This document shows, piece after piece, positions 7,204-17,470 of a stretch of 64,000 bases of DNA. The position numbers and the translations under genes were made by a program. Each line of letters starts with the position of its first letter. Position 1 is the stretch's first letter. Source of the stretch: a virus; IMG/VR virus record IMGVR_UViG_3300045988_134537. One strand, 5' to 3'. The notes under the pieces were generated by a model. It was given only the letters and a program-made list of their open reading frames with translations. It did no database searches and was not told where the DNA came from.

Positions 7204-7484
7204 TGGGGTTGAGAGAATTTGTAGAACTTTTTGACAAGAATGAAGTAAAGAACTTGTTTAAAGCGTTAGATTTATGTATGGAATATGTAAGATTAGATTT
7301 ACATGTGTTTAATGTAGGAGCTCATGTAACATGTTCATACAGTAATGATCTTGAATCGCTTTCACAGGCAGAAGGTTGTAATGTGAATATGATAATAGAG
7401 GTGCCTCGCTTATTCGAAGCGTTCATGGAATACGCTTCACCGGAAATGAAGTTGTATTATGAAAAACTAACAGAGACAGTATAA
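7200..7484 (+). CDS. hypothetical protein (94 aa)
   Basis: Track ORF; ATGA overlap with upstream gene. Confidence 0.5.
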   Translation: MMGLREFVELFDKNEVKNLFKALDLCMEYVRLDLHVFNVGAHVTCSYSNDLESLSQAEGCNVNMIIEVPRLFEAFMEYASPEMKLYYEKLTETV

Positions 7485-7485
7485 T

Positions 7486-7959
7486 ATGAAAGAGGAAGTA
7501 GAACGGATAAAGAGGTTGGTTGGCATAGATCATAATAGATGGGAGCAGCCTTGTACATGTGATAAATGCAAGAACATGTGTAAGGTTCCTTGTATTGGTA
7601 CACCAAAGGACATAGAAGCTATCATAGATGCAGGATATGCTGACAGGCTAAAAGAGACAATGTGGATGGTGGGGTATCTTGCAGTGAAAGAAAAACCAAT
7701 AGCGATGATCCAACCAACAGAGAAAGACGGGTGGTGCGTGTTCCGCCGGCCAGACGGTCTCTGCGAGCTGCATGACCGTGGACTAAAGCCGACTGAAGGA
7801 GTTCTGGCTTCTTGTAAGGTGGTTGAAGAAGACGATATTCCGACATACGAAACATCCGTACTTAGAGCAGTAGCTCACGAGTGGGTTAAGGTGGAGAACT
7901 TTGGAAATGTAATGAAGGTCGTTTTTAAATTTTTGCATGAAAATGAACGTAGAAAATAA
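7486..7959 (+). CDS. hypothetical Cys-cluster protein (CTCDKCKNMCKVPC motif), 157 aa
   Basis: Track ORF; clustered cysteines suggest a metal-binding site. Confidence 0.55.
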   Translation: MKEEVERIKRLVGIDHNRWEQPCTCDKCKNMCKVPCIGTPKDIEAIIDAGYADRLKETMWMVGYLAVKEKPIAMIQPTEKDGWCVFRRPDGLCELHDRGLKPTEGVLASCKVVEEDDIPTYETSVLRAVAHEWVKVENFGNVMKVVFKFLHENERRK

Positions 7960-8347
7960 ATTAGATAAAGTGGTTAAGATCCTAAAAGAAAAAGGATTTA
8001 TTGTGTATAAGAAAGGCGGGAAGGAGCCAGGTGTGTTTTACGCTAAAGAAGGTGACAGCCGAATAGGATTCGTTTATCCCAACAACGGATATATATACGA
8101 CAGGATAAAAATGTGGTCTTTTTCAAGGATATATAAACCGCATAAGAAAACAGGGTCTTCGTGTTTAATGTGTGTCAGCGACGAATTTACTATAGAAAAT
8201 GCGATTAAGAGCATAGAAGATAGACTGTGGGTAAATTATATAAAAGACGGTAACAGAAAACGACCAGAAGAATATAAAGATATAAGAGAATTTGTTGGTA
8301 GCTTCACTAAATTCTACAGCTCTGTAGAATTAGTTGAGGTTAAGTAG
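7937..8347 (+). CDS. hypothetical protein (136 aa)
   Basis: Track ORF. Confidence 0.55.
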   Translation: MKMNVENKLDKVVKILKEKGFIVYKKGGKEPGVFYAKEGDSRIGFVYPNNGYIYDRIKMWSFSRIYKPHKKTGSSCLMCVSDEFTIENAIKSIEDRLWVNYIKDGNRKRPEEYKDIREFVGSFTKFYSSVELVEVK

Positions 8348-8365
8348 TTTTCCATGCGAGTTAGT

Positions 8366-8404
8366 TGCCGGCACTGGTCTGTGAAGATAGGTGCCGTTTT
8401 TTTT
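8366..8404 (+). terminator. Rho-independent terminator: stem CGGCAC/GTGCCG, 16-nt loop TGGTCTGTGAAGATAG, then T-run of about 10
   Basis: Direct reading; loop shares CTGTGAAGATAG with the other family members. Confidence 0.7.
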
Positions 8405-8426
8405 TATTCAAGAAAGGAGGACAAAG

Positions 8427-8678
8427 ATGGGAAAAAGAGACAAGGAGATACCTTATGAGGTAGTCATACAGGAAAGAAAAAGAGTGGATTTATACGGTAA
8501 CGTAGTGTATTATATCTACTGGTTTGATAAATATGGGAACGATATTACAAACGAATGGAAATTCTGGAGCAAGGGTCCGAAAAAGAAATACGATAGAGTT
8601 AATCGTTATCTAACGGATAGTTGGATAAAGGAATACTGTAAGAACAACAATTTAAAAATAAGTAGAATAAAGGAATGA
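8427..8678 (+). CDS. hypothetical protein (track 8391..8678; likely real start is the ATG after GAAAGGAGGACAAAG, MGKRDKEIPYEV...)
   Basis: Track ORF; the non-ATG upstream extension lies within the terminator hairpin. Confidence 0.5.
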   Translation: MGKRDKEIPYEVVIQERKRVDLYGNVVYYIYWFDKYGNDITNEWKFWSKGPKKKYDRVNRYLTDSWIKEYCKNNNLKISRIKE

Positions 8679-8765
8679 AGCCAGGAAAGTATGTTATGGT
8701 AACAAACGAGTGTGGTGCCTTGGATGTTATAAAAGAAAAATTCGATAACATAAATATAGTGGAAT

Positions 8766-9134
8766 ATGGATCTGAATGAATTGTACAAAGAAATAGAAAA
8801 AGCAGAGGTTGATCTGAATGCAAAAAGATTAAAGTACATCAAAGAGGCATTAGTGGAGAACGGTGGAAGTATAAAGCTAAAATTCAAAGAATTTAAAGAG
8901 TTTAAAGAAACTAATGATGCGTTTGACTTCGATGATCAGTTTCCGGTGATAATAGAAATTGCTGGGATTCCTATGTATTTAACGGAAGTGTATGTCAAAA
9001 AAAACGATTTTCGTATAGTTCTGCTGGATTATGATGATATGACTTTAGGTGATTATGATAATACAGGGGAAAATGAACAGGTTGCTTATTTTATTAACTA
9101 TTGTTTAAATCAAGACAAAGATGGGAAAGAGTAG
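8766..9134 (+). CDS. hypothetical protein (122 aa)
   Basis: Track ORF. Confidence 0.55.
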   Translation: MDLNELYKEIEKAEVDLNAKRLKYIKEALVENGGSIKLKFKEFKEFKETNDAFDFDDQFPVIIEIAGIPMYLTEVYVKKNDFRIVLLDYDDMTLGDYDNTGENEQVAYFINYCLNQDKDGKE

Positions 9135-9309
9135 AAAAGATTATGAGAAGTTTCTTAACTCCATATCTCCAGATAGAGACGATGAAACATGGATCATTGG
9201 AGGAAAGAACAGGTATTGCGGTAGAGAGAATTATGGCACTATGATCAAAAGGTATGATCCTATTGGTTTTAATGTAGGATACAGGGAGTGGGTAGAACAG
9301 CCAGAGTAA
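9121..9309 (+). CDS. hypothetical protein (62 aa)
   Basis: Track ORF. Confidence 0.4.
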   Translation: MGKSRKDYEKFLNSISPDRDDETWIIGGKNRYCGRENYGTMIKRYDPIGFNVGYREWVEQPE

Positions 9310-9402
9310 GGCGGCGCCTGCCCTGCCATGAGGTCGGCCTGGCTGTCTGTGGCCAGGACCGTACATTAGTCAGATAGTGAACGACGAAAACAATACAAAT
9401 GT

Positions 9403-9882
9403 TTGTTAATTATGAGAGTAGAAGATTTAACGAAGTTTGAAGGAGAATGTCCTAACATAGTCGTATTTGGTACATATATGGATATTAGGGTTCCATTAAC
9501 GAAGAAATGGAAGAAAATTATTAACGAGAGAGGAGATAAGCCAAACACGTATCATAACTGTTTGATTAGTTATATCTCAGAGCAGATCGCGTTGTCCGGA
9601 TTCAACATGAAAAGCATCGGGAACCTGTTAATAAAGGGAATCGTTTTCAATCAAAACGATTACTATAAGTATAACGACGTAGGAGGATTCCCGGCAACTA
9701 TCAACGATTTGGGATATTGGGATAAAAACAGGGTAGAGCCAAATGAAGATTTTCACACTGTTAGGCTGTTTAATACAGTAAGTGTATATGGATTGATGTT
9801 TGGGCCCATAAAACAAAATAATTTCATTACGTTGGAAAACGATATAATGCAGATTAATGTTGGCAGCATAACTTACATCTAA
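9403..9882 (+). CDS. hypothetical protein (159 aa)
   Basis: Track ORF. Confidence 0.55.
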   Translation: MLIMRVEDLTKFEGECPNIVVFGTYMDIRVPLTKKWKKIINERGDKPNTYHNCLISYISEQIALSGFNMKSIGNLLIKGIVFNQNDYYKYNDVGGFPATINDLGYWDKNRVEPNEDFHTVRLFNTVSVYGLMFGPIKQNNFITLENDIMQINVGSITYI

Positions 9883-9893
9883 AGAGATAAATC

Positions 9894-10649
9894 ATGAAGC
9901 TATTATATTTAGTAGAGTCAGGAGAATCGAAGTTCCTTGTCTTTGACGAAATGCCTGATAAAATTAGCACAAAGTACGGAGATGATACCATTATTGGAAG
10001 GATAGGAGGTATATTCTATGATTTCCTTGCAAAGAGAAATGAGCGAAGAGAAGCTTTCGGAGGTAGAAAGTTCGATATCGTACTTGACAACGGGGAGATA
10101 GAGAAGTGTGAAGGGCAATGGTGGGATGCGGCGACAGACAGAGCAAGAGAAGAATTGGAAAAAGAGGGAAATCCACTTTCTAAAATGGTACTGATTGGTG
10201 TTTCTTCGGTAGATAGATTATTGGATTGCTATGTGTATTATGGGTTATGGGCCTCCGAAAGTAAGATTGAAGAAATGATAGCTGACTACAAAGGTCGTAT
10301 ATATGAGTATTACGAATTTAAGGAAGAGGTCATTAATAAGATAAATGAGACCCTTAGAAAATCATATATTCAATCTTGGAAAGAACGGATAATACGATCT
10401 GGGATGAGACAGAAAGGGAAAGACGTGTTTGAATCACCGGATGGATTGTATATTGAGATGGTATATGAGAACAAAGCGTTTGTGCCATATAGACCTATAA
10501 AAGAAATCCAGGATTTACCTATAGATGCAAAGTATATACCGCTTCTTACAAGGATATTTGGAAAGAACATACTTGCGGAGATAGGAGGAGATAAGATATT
10601 TATAACTACTGGAAAATATGCTGTGAATTTTTGGTGCTGGAAAAAGTAA
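9894..10649 (+). CDS. hypothetical protein (251 aa)
   Basis: Track ORF. Confidence 0.6.
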   Translation: MKLLYLVESGESKFLVFDEMPDKISTKYGDDTIIGRIGGIFYDFLAKRNERREAFGGRKFDIVLDNGEIEKCEGQWWDAATDRAREELEKEGNPLSKMVLIGVSSVDRLLDCYVYYGLWASESKIEEMIADYKGRIYEYYEFKEEVINKINETLRKSYIQSWKERIIRSGMRQKGKDVFESPDGLYIEMVYENKAFVPYRPIKEIQDLPIDAKYIPLLTRIFGKNILAEIGGDKIFITTGKYAVNFWCWKK

Positions 10650-10683
10650 GCATAATGTAAAAAGAAGATTAAAATAATAGCTT

Positions 10684-10998
10684 ATGACATTTCGAGAATT
10701 TATGCAGGAGAACGGCTATGACCGGATAACTACCTTTTGGGAAGATTTAAGCATAGCCGACAAGTATGGTGTAGCAGGTGTCAAAGATACCTACAAACGT
10801 GCATTCAGTGAATGGAAAGATGATTATAAGTTTTTCACGGAATTAACGCTCGTATTGAATCATAAAATCTGGCAACATTATGAAAGCAATCATGAACTGG
10901 CTGCATTGTATGACCGGTTGTGGCGAGAAGCTGACGAGTACGCTATGAACAACTTTAAGGGAGAAGAGCTTGATTATTATTACAGAGTAACAGATTAG
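10684..10998 (+). CDS. hypothetical protein (104 aa)
   Basis: Track ORF. Confidence 0.55.
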   Translation: MTFREFMQENGYDRITTFWEDLSIADKYGVAGVKDTYKRAFSEWKDDYKFFTELTLVLNHKIWQHYESNHELAALYDRLWREADEYAMNNFKGEELDYYYRVTD

Positions 10999-11001
10999 AA
11001 A

Positions 11002-11460
11002 GTGATTATGAAAAATACGATAGTAACAGGTAGCCTAATTGTATTCAGTGACGGATTTGTTTGGAAAAGATTGTCCAACGAAAAAGCCTACAAGATATGG
11101 GTGTCGGCAGAAAATGAAGATTTTGAGTTATACAAGGTGAGGGTAGATGATGAGTCTGAGTCATTAATAGAGAATCTTGAAGACTTGCAGGATGCCTTTA
11201 AACAAGGTCATTATGTATGCATAGAAGTAGGTAAGCTACCATATAGCATAGGTTTGAATTACTTACGAAATCTACAAGAGTTATCGGTGGAAGCTGTGGA
11301 TTATCTATCAGGACTAAAAGAATGTAGCAGAGAAGAGTCATTTAACATCATTCAAGAGTGGGCTAAAGAGTTTACGGAAAAATATGAAAATTATGATTTT
11401 AATGGTTCATACTATGATGTAATAGATGCATTTATTGATGAGAAGTTAAAAACTATTTAA
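11002..11460 (+). CDS. hypothetical protein (152 aa)
   Basis: Track ORF. Confidence 0.55.
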   Translation: MIMKNTIVTGSLIVFSDGFVWKRLSNEKAYKIWVSAENEDFELYKVRVDDESESLIENLEDLQDAFKQGHYVCIEVGKLPYSIGLNYLRNLQELSVEAVDYLSGLKECSREESFNIIQEWAKEFTEKYENYDFNGSYYDVIDAFIDEKLKTI

Positions 11461-11473
11461 AATATAAAAAAAC

Positions 11474-12274
11474 ATGGAAGACAGACTTATTACAACAAAA
11501 GAAGTAGGGAATTATCGTATAAAAATATACTATGATACTGACAGTATATGTCCTTGTGAAAGTTGGGATATGGCAGCATGTTTCTTATGGGAATGTATCT
11601 ATTTACCTCGACTGCAAGATGTGTGCGATTGGAGAGAAGTGTTTGGTAAATACGGAGATAGTCGACACTCACTTATAGATGCACTACATAAACTTATTAG
11701 TGAATATGTTAAATGGAAAGACTTGCTGAATTATTTTAAGAAAGGCAAGATTGACGGTTATCGACTGAGATATGATAACCATGATAAAATGTGGTATTAT
11801 AAAGAAATTTTTAGCATTTCTCCATCAGATCTTTACACGTATGATTATACGTATGAATTTATAGAAGACTTAGGATGTGAAGAATTGATTCAGATTCTTT
11901 CAGACTTAGGCAAGGATATATTTGTCAAAGAATGGTCCACAACAGGATACAGTCAAGAGGATTATGTTAAAGGTATAGCTTTCTGTACAAAGGAGAGGTA
12001 CACAAAAATGGTTAGTAATAATACTTCCGATTGGAAAACCCAAATTGACAAATTGATTGATGATGAAGTTAAATCCATAGGTATGTGGATATGGGGAGAT
12101 GTAAAGGGGTATGTGCTTGAAAAGAAAGTGAAATTTGTCAAGAAATACAAAGATGAATCCAGGGAGGATGAAGAGGGAGAAGAATGGGAAGAGGTTGATT
12201 CCTGTTGGGATTATTATATGGAAACAGACGAATTGATAGAAGAAATAATGAAAAAACATAATCTGAAAGAATAA
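11474..12274 (+). CDS. hypothetical protein with acidic C-terminus (266 aa)
   Basis: Track ORF. Confidence 0.6.
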   Translation: MEDRLITTKEVGNYRIKIYYDTDSICPCESWDMAACFLWECIYLPRLQDVCDWREVFGKYGDSRHSLIDALHKLISEYVKWKDLLNYFKKGKIDGYRLRYDNHDKMWYYKEIFSISPSDLYTYDYTYEFIEDLGCEELIQILSDLGKDIFVKEWSTTGYSQEDYVKGIAFCTKERYTKMVSNNTSDWKTQIDKLIDDEVKSIGMWIWGDVKGYVLEKKVKFVKKYKDESREDEEGEEWEEVDSCWDYYMETDELIEEIMKKHNLKE

Positions 12275-12490
12275 GGAGATGGGGAGATCATGAGGGTGTA
12301 TTATCAGAAAGAACACCAAAGAATTACAAATAATACTGATTCAGGTCAATGGCTGATAGTGACGGACGCCACAGGAGACAGGTGGGTAAAGTGCGAAGAG
12401 CTCCGGTTCGGGGGGGGGAGACGCGGCCTGCATCACATGGCGTAAGGCTACAGTAGATGAAATTGTTGAACATTTTAAAAACAGATAATT

Positions 12491-12904
12491 ATGGGATATA
12501 TATGTACAAGATGTGGTGGAACAAATGTTGTCTGTGAAGCCATAGTAAATCCGAATACTGGAAAAATAATAGATTATCTTGATGAATCTTTCATGCATGC
12601 TATTTGCTCGAATTGTGAAAACGAGGTGATAATATCCAACATTGAAGGAGTCAAACATGAAATTGATTTAAGGTTTCATGAATTTGTAGAAAAAACAGGT
12701 AAGGAGCCTGAATACGTAGAATGTCAGATTGTACGGAAAAAGACAGGAGATGAACAAAGAAAGACAATAAAACTATCATTGGACATTAACGATGATGACA
12801 ATGATGATGTTTTTTGTTATTGCAATGGGATAGAATCGTTTAAGCAACTTACTGAATACGGAGTGGGAGAATTTATCGTAACATTTTGTTGGAGTTTCTT
12901 TTAA
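12491..12904 (+). CDS. hypothetical zinc-ribbon protein (CTRCGG ... CSNCEN), 137 aa
   Basis: Track ORF; two CxxC pairs. Confidence 0.55.
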   Translation: MGYICTRCGGTNVVCEAIVNPNTGKIIDYLDESFMHAICSNCENEVIISNIEGVKHEIDLRFHEFVEKTGKEPEYVECQIVRKKTGDEQRKTIKLSLDINDDDNDDVFCYCNGIESFKQLTEYGVGEFIVTFCWSFF

Positions 12905-12917
12905 AACCTATACAGAT

Positions 12918-13283
12918 ATGAAAATAATAAAAATTCCTATTACAGAGCAAAACAGAGAAGTCTATTGGTCTAGAAACAAAGATAAGAAGGCTTGGGAGAA
13001 GTTAATGAGTGAGTGCCCATCCATGACATCAAAAGAGTTTTGGAATAATGAATGGGAAGAATTTGATAAAGAAGAGATTTCGACGCATTGGTATTTCATT
13101 GTTGGCAAACCGGAATCGATAATAGATGAGTTGATTAATTTGGAGATAGGGGACACAAACGTATTCTATCCACATATAAAGGAGAATAGACCTTGGGATA
13201 TTGAAGAAATGGACTGGTATGATCTTAGAGAACATGCCAATACCATGAGTGATTTTATTCAGAAGTTATATAACTACATTTAA
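12918..13283 (+). CDS. hypothetical protein (121 aa)
   Basis: Track ORF. Confidence 0.55.
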   Translation: MKIIKIPITEQNREVYWSRNKDKKAWEKLMSECPSMTSKEFWNNEWEEFDKEEISTHWYFIVGKPESIIDELINLEIGDTNVFYPHIKENRPWDIEEMDWYDLREHANTMSDFIQKLYNYI

Positions 13284-13294
13284 TAACATATCTT

Positions 13295-13570
13295 ATGAAA
13301 ACACAAGAAGAATATGCCCGTGAGATTGACGAGATTGTTCTCCGGGATGTAGAGAGTTGCCAGGGTGATTGGTTTAATATCGATAAAGAGATATTCATGC
13401 AGCCAGAGAATAAGAACAAGGCATTTATTTTGGGAACCCGGAAGACCGGATGTGATTTAATAATACTGGGTGGCACTAATTGTGATGAAGGTAGTATGGA
13501 TTGGCTTTTTGGAAGTCTTGGCAATGAAAATTTCTATATATGTCAGCCGGCATCTTTCTATAAATCATAG
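13295..13570 (+). CDS. hypothetical protein (91 aa)
   Basis: Track ORF. Confidence 0.5.
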   Translation: MKTQEEYAREIDEIVLRDVESCQGDWFNIDKEIFMQPENKNKAFILGTRKTGCDLIILGGTNCDEGSMDWLFGSLGNENFYICQPASFYKS

Positions 13571-13835
13571 CAAGAAATTGAGAAAGTGAATCCGCTATAT
13601 GCTTTTAAGGTGGCTACTGCTTATTTCAGGGGACAGGGTTTGGTTCCGGTATTTGAAGATTGTCATTGCAGACTTATCATTTTGAGGTATGGGGTGGGTT
13701 AGATGAGGATAATAATCCCATCACTGGAGGAGAATCAAAAAATGGTTTCTACTCGCCTTTTGCAATTAACGTATATATCATAAAAAACGGCGAAGGTGTG
13801 CAGGTTGCTCAAATTGATGATGTGGATATAATAGA

Positions 13836-14090
13836 ATGTGTATAAACGAAGGTAGCATGATAGAAATAATAAGATACAGGCTTCCGGTTTATTGGGCTTG
13901 CGCTCTGATAAATGATGATTATACCGGACTGTCTGAAGAAGAAATACAGGAAATAGATGCTTTTTTGAAAAAAGCAGAAGGTTATCCGGTAGATGTAGAT
14001 TTGGAAACACAAGGGTTTTACCGTTGTAATGACGCAGGAACACTTCCCGGAGAGTGTGCAGATTTTATTTTTCATAAGTGTAATGATTAA
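13836..14090 (+). CDS. hypothetical protein (84 aa)
   Basis: Track ORF. Confidence 0.45.
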   Translation: MCINEGSMIEIIRYRLPVYWACALINDDYTGLSEEEIQEIDAFLKKAEGYPVDVDLETQGFYRCNDAGTLPGECADFIFHKCND

Positions 14091-14101
14091 ACTAAAATAA
14101 T

Positions 14102-14998
14102 ATGGAAACTACAAACAAACTGTTTTATTCAGGTACAAAATTCTTTACAGAAAATGAAGAAGATTATAGAATAACAGTTAGAATCTCTTTGGATGATGAC
14201 TGCAAAAATAACATATGCGACTGGAGCATAACAGCCGACGTTGACTGGAAAAACAAGCATGGAAAATATGAGGATTACTTAGGAGGCTGCTGCCACGATG
14301 AAGTCGCAAAACATTTTCCGGAATTAGCGAAATTCATATCGTTGCATCTTTGTAACCATTATGGTGCTCCTATGTATCCGGTAGAAAATGGCATATATCA
14401 CGTTAGAAGAAGCGGTATGTCTGTGGCAATGGAGTATTTGCGTATATCAGAGCAAGAATGCGCAGAATTATATAAAGCCTCTGAGGATGAGTTGTATTTC
14501 AAGTATATGCTTTTCAATCTGGGGATTGTGAATAGATGGAAACGTGAATCAGAAGAGCTTATTGTGGAACTTGAAAAAATGTGTGGAAAAAAGTGGGTTA
14601 ATCCATATAAGCCGGAAGAAGAAAGATTTGTTTTAACACTAACAGACGAGGAACGATCTCTTATTGAAGAGCGTATTAAAGCCGGGTATTACTCCTCAGA
14701 AAATATCGAAAAGCATATGGAAGAGGCTCATAAAGCAAAGATGGCAGCAAAGCGTGCTGAAATTTGTGAGCGATACGATAAGAAAATCAGACAAGCAGAA
14801 GCAGAAAAGAAGATAATGCTCTGTGTGTTTGATTATGGGTTGTCTACCGATAATGTTATATATTATTCTCACACGAACACTTTGTCTTTCAACTGGAACG
14901 GTTATGGAGAAAAAATCACACAGGAAGAGTTTGATGATTTTGTGAATAAGGTAGACCGCTCTCAGTTGCCGGAAGGTATTAAGTTTGAGCTTAAATAA
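14102..14998 (+). CDS. hypothetical protein (298 aa)
   Basis: Track ORF. Confidence 0.6.
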   Translation: METTNKLFYSGTKFFTENEEDYRITVRISLDDDCKNNICDWSITADVDWKNKHGKYEDYLGGCCHDEVAKHFPELAKFISLHLCNHYGAPMYPVENGIYHVRRSGMSVAMEYLRISEQECAELYKASEDELYFKYMLFNLGIVNRWKRESEELIVELEKMCGKKWVNPYKPEEERFVLTLTDEERSLIEERIKAGYYSSENIEKHMEEAHKAKMAAKRAEICERYDKKIRQAEAEKKIMLCVFDYGLSTDNVIYYSHTNTLSFNWNGYGEKITQEEFDDFVNKVDRSQLPEGIKFELK

Positions 14999-15299
14999 AA
15001 TACAGGATATGGAAAGATTGGATTTTGAAACATTGTTTCGTATTGTAAGATGGGATTACAACCGTTGTTTCAAGGATGAGTCGTTAGACAAGGATTTGTT
15101 TATGGGAAAATACGGGAAAGTTATGGGTGAACATTATTATAACAAGTTTGTCCATGAGTTTAACGGAAATATTCTGAAGATGGTTGGTTACTTCAGAGGT
15201 TCCGAAAAAGAGGGGCAAGTCTTCTGCGATATGATAACCGAACGTATTGAAAAATACGAAAAGAGAATGTCATATGATAAAGGTAAGTTAAACAATTAA
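14985..15299 (+). CDS. hypothetical protein (104 aa)
   Basis: Track ORF. Confidence 0.5.
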   Translation: MSLNKIQDMERLDFETLFRIVRWDYNRCFKDESLDKDLFMGKYGKVMGEHYYNKFVHEFNGNILKMVGYFRGSEKEGQVFCDMITERIEKYEKRMSYDKGKLNN

Positions 15300-15311
15300 A
15301 AAGATATTTAT

Positions 15312-16373
15312 ATGAACAATTCAATGGTCGCTCACTTGTGGGCTCATGAACAAGAAGAATCAGCATCAGGGAGCAATTTCTTCTTTGAAGGTACAAGTAT
15401 TTATTCTTATGGGCATCACTTTGGAGTCGGGAGAATAGTAAAAAACAAACAAGGGAAGAAAGCATACCTGATAAATGAAGATTATTATTCTGTTATCACG
15501 AGCAAACATCAATGCTATGTTCGTAATGCGATACCAACTCAGGCAATGGTTTTCAGTGTAGGGGATAATATATCGGATACTGGTAATATGAGGTTTGTTG
15601 CCAGCAAACTGGAATCAATTAAGAAGTCTATTGAAAAATACAAAAGAGCTAAAACAGAATTATCTTATACAGATATTTGGGGCGCTTTTGGGAATATGAT
15701 GGATTACATTCAGTTCTTTAACATGGGAACTGCTAAGAGTATCCTTAAAAAGAGTGCTAATGATTGGCTTGGAACCAATCATGAATTATCCAAAAGCGAA
15801 GATAGTATCAAGCGTAAGCACGTACATGAATTAAAACGCATCTTTCAAATTTTATTGGATCATCAAGGATTAAAAGTGTTAGGGACCGTAAATGTGATTG
15901 TTGATGAAGTTTGCGGGGAAGGTACATGGATTAAGTATTCAGAAAGATCTGAAAGATGGAGAAAGGGTGAGGAAGAAAGAGAAAGAATAAAATTAGAGAG
16001 ATTAAGAAAGGAAGAAGAAGCCCGTTACAAGGATTTTGATGAAAAACTGGAAGAGTGGAAGTCAGGAGAAATCAATTTCTTGAATACACCTTTCTATATT
16101 CCTGGTGAAAAACCTAACGCCTGGATTCGTATAAAAGGAAATATTATTGAGACAAGTAAACAGATAAAGATTGGAATAGCAGAAGCCAGAAAACTGTGGC
16201 GGGCTGTGTCGGCAATGCACCGGGGCGCCGAGTTTCGGCACGGTCTGGTGGAGGACGTCACCGGTCACCAGTGGAGTCTAAATCGGTACGAAAACGATTT
16301 GCTAACCGCTGGATGTCATAGGATAGCATATAACGAAATGGAGAGAATAGCAAAACAACTGGGATGGGTGTAA
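15312..16373 (+). CDS. hypothetical protein (353 aa) with charged coiled-coil middle segment
   Basis: Track ORF. Confidence 0.6.
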   Translation: MNNSMVAHLWAHEQEESASGSNFFFEGTSIYSYGHHFGVGRIVKNKQGKKAYLINEDYYSVITSKHQCYVRNAIPTQAMVFSVGDNISDTGNMRFVASKLESIKKSIEKYKRAKTELSYTDIWGAFGNMMDYIQFFNMGTAKSILKKSANDWLGTNHELSKSEDSIKRKHVHELKRIFQILLDHQGLKVLGTVNVIVDEVCGEGTWIKYSERSERWRKGEEERERIKLERLRKEEEARYKDFDEKLEEWKSGEINFLNTPFYIPGEKPNAWIRIKGNIIETSKQIKIGIAEARKLWRAVSAMHRGAEFRHGLVEDVTGHQWSLNRYENDLLTAGCHRIAYNEMERIAKQLGWV

Positions 16374-16419
16374 GTAGTCCATCTTGTTTTATTGATTACA
16401 TAATTAAAAATAAAAAGAT

Positions 16420-17160
16420 ATGGAAAATCCAATTATTGTTCCGTTTGATTTAAATACGGCGAGAAAAATTAAAAGTGGAGAAATAGAAGGTTCGGTGTTA
16501 ATTAATAATATTGAAATAGAATTTGTATATGAGTCGAAAGACTGTGCAGGTCCTTATAATTTACTTTTTGTAAGAAAAGATGAATATGGAATAAGCGCTA
16601 TATATGCTAACACAGAAGGTTGTGCTCTTGGCGATACCACTCTGGAATTGAGGGTAGAGGCTGGAGCGTATTTTAAGGAAGGAGATATATTAACAAGCAC
16701 TAAAGGATGTCAATTCATATATGATGGACTTATTACCGAAGGGGCAATGGGAAGTATATGCGGAATGACAACATATGGAGATATTGAGTTTGATCGTTGC
16801 GCATTATGGACTGATGTGTATGACAGAGATAAAAATCGGAATGTAAGAAAGGCTATAGAAGAAGAGAAGAAATTTTTAGCAGAAAAGATTATAAAAGCCA
16901 AAGACAGTAGAAAAATAAATATAATAAAAAGATATTTAAGTGAATATGAGCATCTATTAGATGAGATGCCGAAACACGACTTCAAACCATTTGAACGAGT
17001 GCTGGTGAGAAGAACTAACCAAGAGAGGTGGAAATTGCATTTATTCTCCAGAGGATCAGGAACATATGACGAATATGAATGTTTGGGAGGCGTAACATTT
17101 AGTCAGTGTATCCCATACGAAGGGAACGAACATCTTTTAGGAACTAACAAAAATTTTTAG
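16420..17160 (+). CDS. hypothetical protein, 246 aa, paralog A of 17512..18252
   Basis: Track ORF; shares N-terminal (IVPFDLNTARKI / VTIPFDLETAKKI) and C-terminal (DFKPFERVLV...YECLGGVTFSQCIPYEGNEHLLG / DFKPFDKVLV...YECLNGVVFVHCIPFEGNECLLG) blocks with the downstream gene. Confidence 0.65.
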   Translation: MENPIIVPFDLNTARKIKSGEIEGSVLINNIEIEFVYESKDCAGPYNLLFVRKDEYGISAIYANTEGCALGDTTLELRVEAGAYFKEGDILTSTKGCQFIYDGLITEGAMGSICGMTTYGDIEFDRCALWTDVYDRDKNRNVRKAIEEEKKFLAEKIIKAKDSRKINIIKRYLSEYEHLLDEMPKHDFKPFERVLVRRTNQERWKLHLFSRGSGTYDEYECLGGVTFSQCIPYEGNEHLLGTNKNF

Positions 17161-17439
17161 GAACTAAGGTGATTATACACCATTTTATATCAAAAATGAA
17201 AAATGATATACATTTGTACGAAGCATCATACTGGGTATCACCAATACCCTCTACCGGTTGCTCAAAAGTGAGATCACCGGATTCTTTTACCGAACAAAAC
17301 GTTTTTGATTTTACCCATCTTACGTTTTCAAGATGGAACCTTATATCAAAGACCTCTTTTACCCAACCGTCTTGTCCGAAACAAGGGACTGAGTGATTCG
17401 ATTGAGTGAAACAAAGTTAGAAAAGAAGAATATGAAATT

Positions 17440-17470
17440 AATTATCATCCGTATGTTTTACAACATACGG
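17440..17470 (+). terminator. Perfect 11-bp hairpin CATCCGTATGT / ACATACGGATG with 6-nt loop between the two paralogs
   Basis: Direct reading. Confidence 0.45.

Noticed and set aside
16190-16280. GC-rich patches inside coding regions as group I introns or inteins
   Set aside because: Reading frames are uninterrupted and the encoded segments look like ordinary protein sequence. No intron-like structure found.
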